This document shows positions 54,609-63,071 of a stretch of 64,000 nucleotides of DNA, in pieces. Numbering within the stretch: the first letter of the stretch is position 1; every line of letters begins with the position of its first letter. The DNA comes from Candidatus Aenigmatarchaeota archaeon (GTDB taxonomy: Archaea; Aenigmatarchaeota; Aenigmatarchaeia; QMZP01). The position numbers were made by a program, and so were the translations under genes. The notes beneath the pieces were generated by a model. It worked only from the letters and a program-made list of their open reading frames with translations, made no database searches and was not told the origin of the DNA. The stretch covers positions 27,513 to 91,512 of the forward strand of contig JADHWJ010000004.1 in the NCBI GenBank assembly GCA_016783545.1. The letters are read 5' to 3'.

Positions 54609-55724
54609 ATGAGAGTAAAGCTAATTGGTAATAAACAGAACGAGTTCTTGAAAAAAGTCTTAACCAATATTCCTCAAAAGGAATTAGCTAAACAACTTGG
54701 AGTATCTAGAAGTTGTATTCGTAAATGGTTGCGCTCTGATAGGTTATTACCAGATCATGTATTCAAAAGATTATGTGATGATTATAAATTGCAAGAATAT
54801 AGAAAATATGTTTTAGAGCGACTTGAAGATAATTGGGGACAAGTAACTGGTGGTAGAGAAAAAATAAAAAACGTGAAAGATATCAATAAATTAATGGAAG
54901 TGGTTAGAAAAAGTAGAATATCTTCTAAAGTTATTCATATTAAAAAAGTTAATACGAAAACAAAATTTGGTTTAGATGTGAAAAAAATGAATCTTGATCC
55001 GACACCTTTGATCATTGTAATGTTACTGACTGATGGTTGTGTTCATATAAAAAAGACATGTGCAGAGATAGTATTTATATCAAAAAGTAATGAATTAATT
55101 GATATTTTTTTGGAACTTGTAAGAATGAAATATGATGATGTAAAAATAAGTTTATATGAAAATAAAAAATCTATTAAAAAAGTGTATTTTTTTCTACCTT
55201 TAAGAAATGAACTAGTTACTATCATACAATCTTACAAAAAATCACCTTGTGGTGAAGGGATTACAAATTATCTTAAAAAGTCCCAACCAACATTGAATTT
55301 TCTTATGAATTTAAATGAAATTTATAAAGTTTTGAGTCTAAGATTGGCATTTACAACTGAAGGGTGTATTACAATGGCGAAATATAATCGTCGAAGTGAA
55401 TTGGTAATAAAACCAAAACTTATAATAGCATGTTCGCATCCTAAACTTTGTATGGGATGGAAAAAGATACTAGAACAATTTGGGTTAAAGTTTAGTGTAA
55501 TGAAGGATAATAGTAAATGGAGTGGTATATCAGGTCTTTGTTCTGAGAATCAAAAAAATATACACAAGTTTTATAAAATGGGGGGTTTTATAAGAAATGT
55601 TAAAATAACAGGAAAAAGTAAGTATTTTAAAGGAATAGAAAAAAATAAGTTATTAGAAGTATTTGTGAGAAGAAAGAAGTTTAAAAGTATAAATGAGATA
55701 AATAAAGTGTTGATGGACCCGTAG
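54609..55724 (+). CDS. LAGLIDADG-like double-motif homing endonuclease candidate with N-terminal HTH
   Basis: HTH IPQKELAKQLGVSRSCIRKWL. Motifs IIVMLLTDGCV and LRLAFTTEGCI lie ~110 aa apart. The stop codon TAG lies inside the tRNA-Arg acceptor/D region (CCG-TAG-CTC). Confidence 0.5.
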   Translation: MRVKLIGNKQNEFLKKVLTNIPQKELAKQLGVSRSCIRKWLRSDRLLPDHVFKRLCDDYKLQEYRKYVLERLEDNWGQVTGGREKIKNVKDINKLMEVVRKSRISSKVIHIKKVNTKTKFGLDVKKMNLDPTPLIIVMLLTDGCVHIKKTCAEIVFISKSNELIDIFLELVRMKYDDVKISLYENKKSIKKVYFFLPLRNELVTIIQSYKKSPCGEGITNYLKKSQPTLNFLMNLNEIYKVLSLRLAFTTEGCITMAKYNRRSELVIKPKLIIACSHPKLCMGWKKILEQFGLKFSVMKDNSKWSGISGLCSENQKNIHKFYKMGGFIRNVKITGKSKYFKGIEKNKLLEVFVRRKKFKSINEINKVLMDP

Positions 55725-55729
55725 CTCAG
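55714..55729 (+). repeat. right direct repeat (functional 5' end of tRNA-Arg)
   Basis: TGGACCCGTAGCTCAG, identical to 54560-54575. Confidence 0.8.
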
Positions 55730-55953
55730 GATATTTCTCCATAAAAAACAATTTTAAAATAATATGGCGAAATATGAGCAGTTGGATTAGAGCACCAGAC
55801 TTCTAATTATAGAAGTTTCGAGAATCCTGGAAAGGGTTCTGTGAGAAGAAATCTGGGGGTCGAGGGTTCGAGAGACCCTTTTTCAAAAAAGCGTCTACAG
55901 AAAAGGAGCTGACGCTTCCAATGAGAAAGGCTCAGAAAACCCCTCCGGGCCCA
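55715..55953 (+). tRNA. tRNA-Arg(UCU) with three introns (D-loop ~51 nt, canonical 37/38 ~45 nt, T-loop ~66 nt)
   Basis: GGACCCG-TA-GCTC-AG[51 nt]GTTGGATTA-GAGC-A-CCAGA-CTTCTA[45 nt]A-TCTGG-GGGTC-GAGGG-TTCGA[66 nt]AC-CCCTC-CGGGCCC-A. There is an A3:C70 mismatch in the acceptor stem. Confidence 0.7.
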
Positions 55954-55955
55954 TT

Positions 55956-56795
55956 ATGAAATTTGGACATGCCATATGGTATGGTGACAGACCGTTTGAG
56001 AAAGCAATAAAGAACATACATAGAATTGGGTATGACTATATCGAGCTATCCCTTGATTATCCAACAATGGAAACTCTTGAGAAGAATAAAGAAATGGTAA
56101 AAAGAATCAAAGCACTACTAAAGGATTTGGACATGGAGATAGGTTTCCATGCACCATTCGCAGGTGTTGAGTTATTACATCCAAGGAAAATAATCTCAGA
56201 TGCTGGTTTTAAAATAATGGAACGTGCGATGAAGTTTGCAACACAGTTCTCTCCAGCTTATTTTGATATACATCTACGAGGCAATCCGCCAACAATCAAG
56301 CTTAGAGATGTTAGGGAAGAAATATACGATAAATCAATCTTAGTGGGTCAGCGCTTATCAAAACTAAACAAGAAATTAAAACTTAACATAACAATAGAGA
56401 ATAAACCAAACCTTCCCTTTTGTTTCTTGGACGATTTTAAGTTTTTCTTTGCAGGTGTGAAAGATCTGGATATGTGTCTGGATGTAGGTCATGTGATTTG
56501 TGCTAACAATGATGGTAGAGGAAAAAACGAGGGAAATGCAGATATTTCTGAATGGATAGATGCCTTCAAAAACAAAATAAAAGTTCTTCATTTACACAAC
56601 TGTAGGAAAACAGAGGGAAGTGTATGGGATCATTACATATTAGAGGATGGGATAATAGATATAGAAAAAGTCTGTAAGCAAATCAAAGATACAAAATGTA
56701 AGTATATTCAATTAGAGATATTTTCAAATGAAAATGGTCTGGCAAATGATAAAGATTTCAAAAGAAATTTAGAGCTTGTAAAGACTTTTTTATAA
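55956..56795 (+). CDS. xylose isomerase-like TIM-barrel protein (sugar phosphate isomerase/epimerase family)
   Basis: IGYDYIELSLDYP..., FHAPF, ITIEN, LDVGH and LHLHN pattern. Starts 3 nt after tRNA-Arg. Confidence 0.55.
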   Translation: MKFGHAIWYGDRPFEKAIKNIHRIGYDYIELSLDYPTMETLEKNKEMVKRIKALLKDLDMEIGFHAPFAGVELLHPRKIISDAGFKIMERAMKFATQFSPAYFDIHLRGNPPTIKLRDVREEIYDKSILVGQRLSKLNKKLKLNITIENKPNLPFCFLDDFKFFFAGVKDLDMCLDVGHVICANNDGRGKNEGNADISEWIDAFKNKIKVLHLHNCRKTEGSVWDHYILEDGIIDIEKVCKQIKDTKCKYIQLEIFSNENGLANDKDFKRNLELVKTFL

Positions 56796-56798
56796 ATA

Positions 56799-57015
56799 TG
56801 GGGCTACCCGGATTTTCACCTTTACATAATCTCCTTTGAAACTCAAAGGGATGATAGTACGGTAAGAAGGGAAATGTGTTCCCTTCTTGCGTTTTGAACC
56901 GGGGTCTGAAGCATTCCAGTTTCTCAGGCTTTTGGCCTGAAGACCTTTTGATGGAAGCGAAGCCCCAAAAGGTCTTCCCCATGCTCCAATGCTAAACCAA
57001 ACTACACTATAGCCC
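56799..57015 (-). tRNA. tRNA-Pro(GGG) (tentative) with two introns (anticodon loop ~63 nt, T-loop 80 nt)
   Basis: GGGGCTA-TA-GTGT-AGTTTGGTTTA-GCAT-T-GGAGC-ATGGGG[63 nt]T-GCTTC-AGAC-CCCGG-TTCAAA[80 nt]T-CCGGG-TAGCCCC-A. The alternative GGA reading was rejected because there is no long variable arm. Confidence 0.6.
56813..56892 (-). other. T-loop intron of tRNA-Pro carrying the conserved two-hairpin module
   Basis: ACGC-AAGAAGGGA-ACACATT-TCCCTTCTT-ACCGTACTATCAT-CCTTTGA-GTT-TCAAAGG-AGATTATGTAAAG. Confidence 0.7.
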
Positions 57016-57022
57016 CATAAAA

Positions 57023-58582
57023 TTAGATTTGTTTTAATAATTTATTTACTTTTTCCCTTCCAATTGCAATAATAAATGGTGCTAATCTCGGACCTTTCTC
57101 CTTTCCTATTAGAACCGTGTAAGCAGCCCTGAAGAAATCTTGTGGTGCCAATTCATTCTTTTTTGTTATATCCCAGAATTGGTTGTAAAGCTTTTCCTCT
57201 GTAATTGGTTTTTCCAAGAGCTTTCCCAGGTCTTTTAATGCATTTTTCTCAGATTTTGACAGCCCTGAAGCATCAGCCTTTTCTTTTATCTCAAATTTAT
57301 ATTTATCTGGTGCGTGGTTTTCCAGCCAGAATTTTGCATTTTCAATTATCTGTCTGCACCTGTTTTTATCATATTCTGTTTTTGCACCCCAATCCAAAAT
57401 ACCCCTTTTAATAGCATTTTCAGTGTCAAAAATATTTACAAGTGTTGCAGCATGTCTAAAGCTTGGCTGCACTGGCATACTTTTCTGAGGCCTGTCTATG
57501 CAAGACATTTCATACACCCTTGACCAATGCATTTTATCCCTTTTTGAAACATCTTCTTTTCCAAAGTATATTCTCTCTGTCTTATAAAAATCTTCATATA
57601 TCTTTATCACATCTTCATCAAAACTAAATGCAAACTCTTTTACTGGTTTTGTTCCTGCAAAGAAAAATCTCGCTATCTCAGGTAGATAGACATTCAATAC
57701 ATCATTTAGTGTTATAACATTTCCTATTGAGCTTGACATCTTTCCACCAGCTCCCTTGATAATCACATAGTCATACATCTGATAGACAGGTGGTTCTGAA
57801 CCATAAACTGATTTTATTATCTCAATCCCAACAGTTCTGGAGCCTCCTGGTGTTGAATGTTCTTTTCCTGCTGGTTCAAAGTCAACTTTTTCATGATCCC
57901 ATCGCATTGGCCAGTCAACTCTCCATTGAAGCTTTGCGATTCCTTTTTCCCTGAAATCAAATGAGCTTTCAAACCCACATTCACATCTGTAGCTTAGCTT
58001 ATATTTTCCATCCCAATCAGTAACTGATGCTTCTTCTTTTCCGCATTTTTCACAATAAATTCTTACAGGATTCCATTCATCAGAAAGTGGGTCTTTCCTG
58101 TATTTATTCAGTATTTTCCTTATAGTGTCTTTATTTTCCAAAGCCTTTTTAATACTTTCAGCATATGCACATTTTTTGTACATTTCGTTTTGCTTTATAA
58201 ATTCTGGATTAACCCCTATTTTTGGCAGAACTTCTTCTACTGCCTTTTCAAAATGTTCTGCATATGACTTATGGCAACCAAATGGGTCTGGTGTGAGAAC
58301 GATCGGCTTTAAGAGATATTTTTCCAATTCCTTTGCTTTTGGCATGTTTTTTGGTACTTTCCTCAATCTATCATAATCGTCCCAAGAATAGATAAATCTT
58401 ACTTTTGCACCAGTGTCCTTTAGGGCTCTTGCTGCAATATCAACTGTAAGTATTTCCCTACAATTGCCTATATGTATTACACCAGAGGGAGTTATTCCAG
58501 CAGCAACTGTATATATTTTCTTTTTCCCCTTCTCGGCTATAACCCTATCTGCAATTTGATCAGCCCAAAATAATCTTTCCAT
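57023..58582 (-). CDS. lysK: lysyl-tRNA synthetase, class I
   Basis: PSGVIHIGN (HIGH) and KMSSSIGN (KMSKS). 519 aa, archaeal class I LysRS architecture. Confidence 0.9.
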   Translation of the reverse strand: MERLFWADQIADRVIAEKGKKKIYTVAAGITPSGVIHIGNCREILTVDIAARALKDTGAKVRFIYSWDDYDRLRKVPKNMPKAKELEKYLLKPIVLTPDPFGCHKSYAEHFEKAVEEVLPKIGVNPEFIKQNEMYKKCAYAESIKKALENKDTIRKILNKYRKDPLSDEWNPVRIYCEKCGKEEASVTDWDGKYKLSYRCECGFESSFDFREKGIAKLQWRVDWPMRWDHEKVDFEPAGKEHSTPGGSRTVGIEIIKSVYGSEPPVYQMYDYVIIKGAGGKMSSSIGNVITLNDVLNVYLPEIARFFFAGTKPVKEFAFSFDEDVIKIYEDFYKTERIYFGKEDVSKRDKMHWSRVYEMSCIDRPQKSMPVQPSFRHAATLVNIFDTENAIKRGILDWGAKTEYDKNRCRQIIENAKFWLENHAPDKYKFEIKEKADASGLSKSEKNALKDLGKLLEKPITEEKLYNQFWDITKKNELAPQDFFRAAYTVLIGKEKGPRLAPFIIAIGREKVNKLLKQI

Positions 58583-58618
58583 AAGAATAAATTATAAAAG
58601 CAGAATTAAAAATGACCT

Positions 58619-59425
58619 TTACTTTTCTTTCTCAAAATCATCAAGAGATAATTCTCTAAGACTGTCTATTGTATTCTTATCTATAACAATATCTTTCATT
58701 TCTTTCTTCGCTTTCTTGTTTGATTTCTTTCCTTTTTTCATTTTAGCAGTGCTCCTTTTCGGTTTTGATGTTTTTAATTTCTTCTTAGGCTTTTTAAAGC
58801 TTTTGCCTTTTTTAGGAGTTTTTGCTTCTATTTCCTCTTTTTCAGGCTCTTCGAGCTCTTTATCAATTTTCTCTTCATATCCTTTGAGACCAGCGTCTAT
58901 TCTCTCTCTTATCTCCTTTTTAGACATTCCAAAATAATTTTCAAGTTCCTTTGTACCCTTTAGTATTTTTGTTCTTCCAGACTTCTCAGAATTCACAAGA
59001 CCTTTCTTATGCAGAATTTTTATGTAGAGATATGCCTTATTGCCCTGTATTTTGATTATATCTGACTGTTTAATCGGTTCTTTGTAAACAACTAATGCCA
59101 GAGTCCTTTTACAACCCTCTTTTATGTCAGAATAAGGTGTTAGATGAGCAACCTTTGGAAGATGCTCTGTTTTCACTTGCATCTGCCAGCCTCCTGGAAG
59201 CTGTGATATCTCAATGCCTTTTTTAGAATAATCATTTCTCAATTCCTCAAGGAGCTTTTTCACATAACCAGCAGAGCCAATATTCGCTATCTTTCCAAGA
59301 TCATTGAGCATTATAGGATCTTTTGCCATGAATAGTGCTGCTTCAAGAATCCCTTTCTTATCTTCTGTCATATAGAAAATATAGTAAGCATCGCTTAAAT
59401 AAATTATTTTACCTTTTGCTGACAA
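58619..59425 (-). CDS. scpB: ScpB-like segregation/condensation protein with Lys-rich C-terminal tail
   Basis: ILEAALFMAKDPIMLNDLGKI... wHTH repeats. An alternative start at 59371 (MTEDKKG) avoids overlap with scpA. Confidence 0.55.
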   Translation of the reverse strand: MSAKGKIIYLSDAYYIFYMTEDKKGILEAALFMAKDPIMLNDLGKIANIGSAGYVKKLLEELRNDYSKKGIEISQLPGGWQMQVKTEHLPKVAHLTPYSDIKEGCKRTLALVVYKEPIKQSDIIKIQGNKAYLYIKILHKKGLVNSEKSGRTKILKGTKELENYFGMSKKEIRERIDAGLKGYEEKIDKELEEPEKEEIEAKTPKKGKSFKKPKKKLKTSKPKRSTAKMKKGKKSNKKAKKEMKDIVIDKNTIDSLRELSLDDFEKEK

Positions 59426-60104
59426 ATATCTCTTTGAATACCTCTTCCTGTCTGCAGCTCACCCTTCTTTCCTGTTCTAAATATATCAAAGGCAGAAATG
59501 TTTCTATTACTTCACTTCTTTCCCATTTGTTCACAAGTTTTGAAAATTCTATCTCTCTTTGCTTTATTTTATCAAGGATACCATCTATCTTTTTGTATAA
59601 ATCACCAATTCTTTCTAATATTTTATTATCTTCGATTACTATCTGATTCTTTGCCTTTCTTAGTCTCTTTACTTTACGTTTCTCGGTTTTCAGTGCCTTT
59701 TTTAGGGCAAAAATAAGATCATCGACTATAAGCTTTCTTTCAGGAAGCCTTCTTGGAGGTAGTTCCAAAGGACCTATTTCGTCTGTTTCTCCTCTAAGAA
59801 TAGCTTGTTCATCTTCACCAATAATCTCCAGTTCTTCAGTAGCCTCATCCTCTGATTCATGAAACAATTCAAGGAATTCAAGGTGATCTGATTTCATTCT
59901 TAAAAGAATGGCGGCGATTATTACATATTTTGCAGGTATTTTAAAATCAATTTCTTTTGTTTTTTCTATATGTTTAATAAAAGAGTCTGAAAGTAATCCA
60001 ATATTCAAATCCCATGGGTCGAGTCCTTCCCACGCAACAATCTCATAGATAACTTGTTCCCAGCTCTGTTCAGATGTTATTAGTTTCATTATTTTATCTT
60101 CCAT
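59409..60104 (-). CDS. scpA: ScpA-like kleisin
   Basis: GLDPWDLNIGLLSDSFIKHI...IPAKYVIIAAILLRMKS N-terminal kleisin motif. C-terminal winged helix. Confidence 0.55.
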   Translation of the reverse strand: MEDKIMKLITSEQSWEQVIYEIVAWEGLDPWDLNIGLLSDSFIKHIEKTKEIDFKIPAKYVIIAAILLRMKSDHLEFLELFHESEDEATEELEIIGEDEQAILRGETDEIGPLELPPRRLPERKLIVDDLIFALKKALKTEKRKVKRLRKAKNQIVIEDNKILERIGDLYKKIDGILDKIKQREIEFSKLVNKWERSEVIETFLPLIYLEQERRVSCRQEEVFKEIFVSKR

Positions 60105-60338
60105 ACTGATCCTTTCACAAATGCTTAGCCTTAATCAATAATATTGATTATTTGGTTAATATTTAAAACAATTAATTAAGCTAACCTTTGTGTTTTCAGA
60201 CGCTACCGCAAGTCGCAAAAATGCTAGGTTTCACCCAAAAAATGAAACTAACGGGAGCTACTTTCAAATATATATTAGTTCAAGTTGTTTTTATAGAGCT
60301 ATCACTGCACGATATTAAATATTTAAAAAAGAGATTCG

Positions 60339-60596
60339 TTATGTAGTGTCGCATTGCCCTACCGCTGTACACGCATCACCACATGGTTGGCATCCTGCAA
60401 AAAGATTACAGCCGGCATCTGCTGCGGTTGCTGGACATCCTCTACCAGCATTTCCAGTGAATCCAAGCCATTTGCTCAATACATCGCCAACATCGCCGAG
60501 TTTAACACCAAAAACAGTCAATATGACCAGTGCTGCGACAAGAAGTACAACAATAATTATAACAATTTGAAGCGTAAGACTCATTCCTTTTCTCAT
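60339..60596 (-). CDS. small pilin-like protein with GC-rich, Cys-rich C-terminus
   Basis: MRKGMSLTLQIVIIIVVLLVAALVIL (class III signal-like). C-terminus GCPATAADAGCNLFAGCQPCGDACTAVGQCDTT. Confidence 0.45.
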   Translation of the reverse strand: MRKGMSLTLQIVIIIVVLLVAALVILTVFGVKLGDVGDVLSKWLGFTGNAGRGCPATAADAGCNLFAGCQPCGDACTAVGQCDTT

Positions 60597-60690
60597 GATA
60601 ATTTATTAGTCTAGGACCTTTAAATGCTTTATGTAAAATGGATGAACATATAGTGTGTATTTAATTACACAACTGAACTAAATATAAAAC

Positions 60691-61032
60691 ATGGTTCATA
60701 TAGATAATCTAAAATGGGGTGAGATAACAATAGATGGTAAAACATATTGCTCTGATATGGCTATATTCTGGGATGGGGCTATAAAATACATAACAAAAAA
60801 CCATAAACTTACAATACAAGAATTCATGCTTCTTCTTCCAAAGAAACCAGAAGTTTTAATAGTGGGTATTGGCATTAATGGTGCTATGAGTGTAGACGAA
60901 GATGTTAAACAGGTTGCTGAGGACAAGAAAATAAAGATATTCGAAGAGACTTCCGAAAAGGCTGTTGACATTTTCAATGCAATGATATCTGATGAAAAAA
61001 GAGCGGTTGCTGTTATTCACACGACCTGTTAA
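60691..61032 (+). CDS. Mth938-like (DUF498) domain protein
   Basis: KWGEITIDGKTY..D..I...PEVLIVGIGINGAM...AVAVIHTTC pattern. Confidence 0.45.
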   Translation: MVHIDNLKWGEITIDGKTYCSDMAIFWDGAIKYITKNHKLTIQEFMLLLPKKPEVLIVGIGINGAMSVDEDVKQVAEDKKIKIFEETSEKAVDIFNAMISDEKRAVAVIHTTC

Positions 61033-61063
61033 TTCTTTTATAAACCAAAGCTAAAAATAAACC

Positions 61064-61588
61064 ATGATAGCGGTTTTAAGGCTTGGTCATCGTCCATTTA
61101 GGGACAGTCGTGTGTCCACACACTGTGCTTTAATAGCACGTGCTTTTGGAGCAGATAAATTAATCTATTCTGGGGAACATGACCAAAAATTAGAGGATTC
61201 TATAAACAAAGTCACAGATAACTGGGGCGGACCTTTCAAGATAGAACACACCAAATCAGCTTTGAAAACCATAAAAGATTTCAAGAAAAAAAACTTTAAG
61301 ATATGCCACTTAACAGTTTATGGATTACCTATACAAAATGAAATTGGGAAAATAAGAAAATATAAGAATATTTTGATTATTATTGGCGGGAGCAAAGTTC
61401 CAGGGGAAATATATCAGCTAGCTGACTTTAATATTGGAGTGACTCAGCAACCCCACTCAGAAATGGGAAGCCTTTGCATATTTCTTGATAGATATTTTGA
61501 AGGGAAGGAATTAAATAATAAATTCAATGGATGGAAAATGAAAGTTATACCAAACGAAAATAAAAAAATAATAGAAAAAAAGAAATAA
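61064..61588 (+). CDS. trm56: tRNA (cytidine56-2'-O)-methyltransferase aTrm56
   Basis: VLRLGHRPFRDSRVSTHCALIARAFGADK, and SPOUT C-terminal region IIGG.KVP. Confidence 0.75.
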   Translation: MIAVLRLGHRPFRDSRVSTHCALIARAFGADKLIYSGEHDQKLEDSINKVTDNWGGPFKIEHTKSALKTIKDFKKKNFKICHLTVYGLPIQNEIGKIRKYKNILIIIGGSKVPGEIYQLADFNIGVTQQPHSEMGSLCIFLDRYFEGKELNNKFNGWKMKVIPNENKKIIEKKK

Positions 61589-62989
61589 TTATTTTTTTGT
61601 CCAAAAAACTTTACCTTTTCTAATATTTTTATTTACATGTCCCTTTCTATATATAGAATTCAGTATTCTTGATGCAGATGACTTATTTATCTTGAGTTTT
61701 TCAGCAATTCCTTTGGAATAAATCCCTAATTCAATATTATCTAAGACTTCTTTGTCTCTTTTTGTTAGAATTTTCTTTTTTCCCAACAATTCTTCAAATT
61801 CATATTTATATTCTATTTTTAATTTATTTAGATTCGACTCTATAGAATCTATTTTATTATATCTATAATTTATTAAACCAAATAAAAAATACAATAACTT
61901 TTTTGGAAACATTTCTAATAAACCGTATTCATATACTTTAAGATAATTCTCAATTCCCTGAATTACAAAATATCCTCCTGTTCCTCTTTTCCAGCCTCTT
62001 TTTCTTGCATCTTCATTTGAAACACTGTGGTTAATAAACCCGGTTTTAATTCCTATAAAATTGAGCATATTAATATAATATTCCCTCTCTTTTGGCGATG
62101 AAACACCAATAGAAATATAATTTATATAATTATTAGGAGCTAAGTTTACACTAGATTCTGCTGCAAATAATCCCTTAAAAAAAGATTTTGTGAATTCTTC
62201 ATTTGAAGGTATATTATCTTTCTTAATAATTTCCAGAATATTTTGAAATATAAATCTTAAAAATGTGTCATAATATTTTATAGATAAAGAACCAAAATCA
62301 ACTGTTGTTCTGTATCTTTTATCTAACATTATTTTGACAAACTGTGTTTTTTTAATACCCACATTTCTAATCCAGTATCTCAAAGATTCTTTTTTTAACC
62401 TTTCAATATTATTTTCATCTTTTATATTTAGTATTATCTGAGATAGGAGTCTATCTTTAGGTATAAATTTCAATAAAATCTTCATTGCCTTTTTTATTAA
62501 TATTGGCTGAGAATTTGTAAAACTGATATAATGCCTACTTTTACCTCTCATAGATTTTATCATTTCGCCATCTAACAGACCCAGACCTTCACAAAGTTCA
62601 TTATCTATACGGATGTTTTTAGGTAAGACTAGAAAATTTATTTTATTGTTTTTGGTGATGTACCAAATACCTAGTTTTCCTTCAGGTATCCTGAAATAGA
62701 GTATGCCATCCTTGATTTTAAAACTATTGGGAATGAAATCATATTTCCATACAGAACGAATTAAACCAAATTCTGATACAAGTTTATAGTACTTTTTGTA
62801 TTTTACTTTTCCCCATGTTTTTATCTGTTTTTCATGTAATTCTAGTTTTGGGTATCTGGGAACAGATTTTTTCCATTTCATTATAGGTATCCATAAATAA
62901 CTGAAATTTATTTTTTCTATATTACTCTTATTTAACATTTTCTTTGGTATCTTCATGATTAAATCTTCAATTAGTTCATCTTCGCACAT
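61589..62989 (-). CDS. LAGLIDADG-like endonuclease candidate with C-terminal HTH
   Basis: Motifs GLGLLDGEM and FFKGLFAAESSV lie ~135 aa apart. C-terminal HTH KGIAEKLKINKSSASRILNSIYRKG. Abuts the trm56 stop. Confidence 0.4.
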   Translation of the reverse strand: MCEDELIEDLIMKIPKKMLNKSNIEKINFSYLWIPIMKWKKSVPRYPKLELHEKQIKTWGKVKYKKYYKLVSEFGLIRSVWKYDFIPNSFKIKDGILYFRIPEGKLGIWYITKNNKINFLVLPKNIRIDNELCEGLGLLDGEMIKSMRGKSRHYISFTNSQPILIKKAMKILLKFIPKDRLLSQIILNIKDENNIERLKKESLRYWIRNVGIKKTQFVKIMLDKRYRTTVDFGSLSIKYYDTFLRFIFQNILEIIKKDNIPSNEEFTKSFFKGLFAAESSVNLAPNNYINYISIGVSSPKEREYYINMLNFIGIKTGFINHSVSNEDARKRGWKRGTGGYFVIQGIENYLKVYEYGLLEMFPKKLLYFLFGLINYRYNKIDSIESNLNKLKIEYKYEFEELLGKKKILTKRDKEVLDNIELGIYSKGIAEKLKINKSSASRILNSIYRKGHVNKNIRKGKVFWTKK

Positions 62990-63071
62990 ATGGTATAATT
63001 GAATCTTATATTTAAAAGCTTCATTTTATAGTTGAAGACAATTTAAAACTAAAAAAAATAATCTATTTCTT

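Noticed and set aside
56758-56982. Track ORF of 74 aa on the minus strand.
   Set aside because: It lies within the tRNA-Pro locus (56799-57015). It is better explained as tRNA plus introns.
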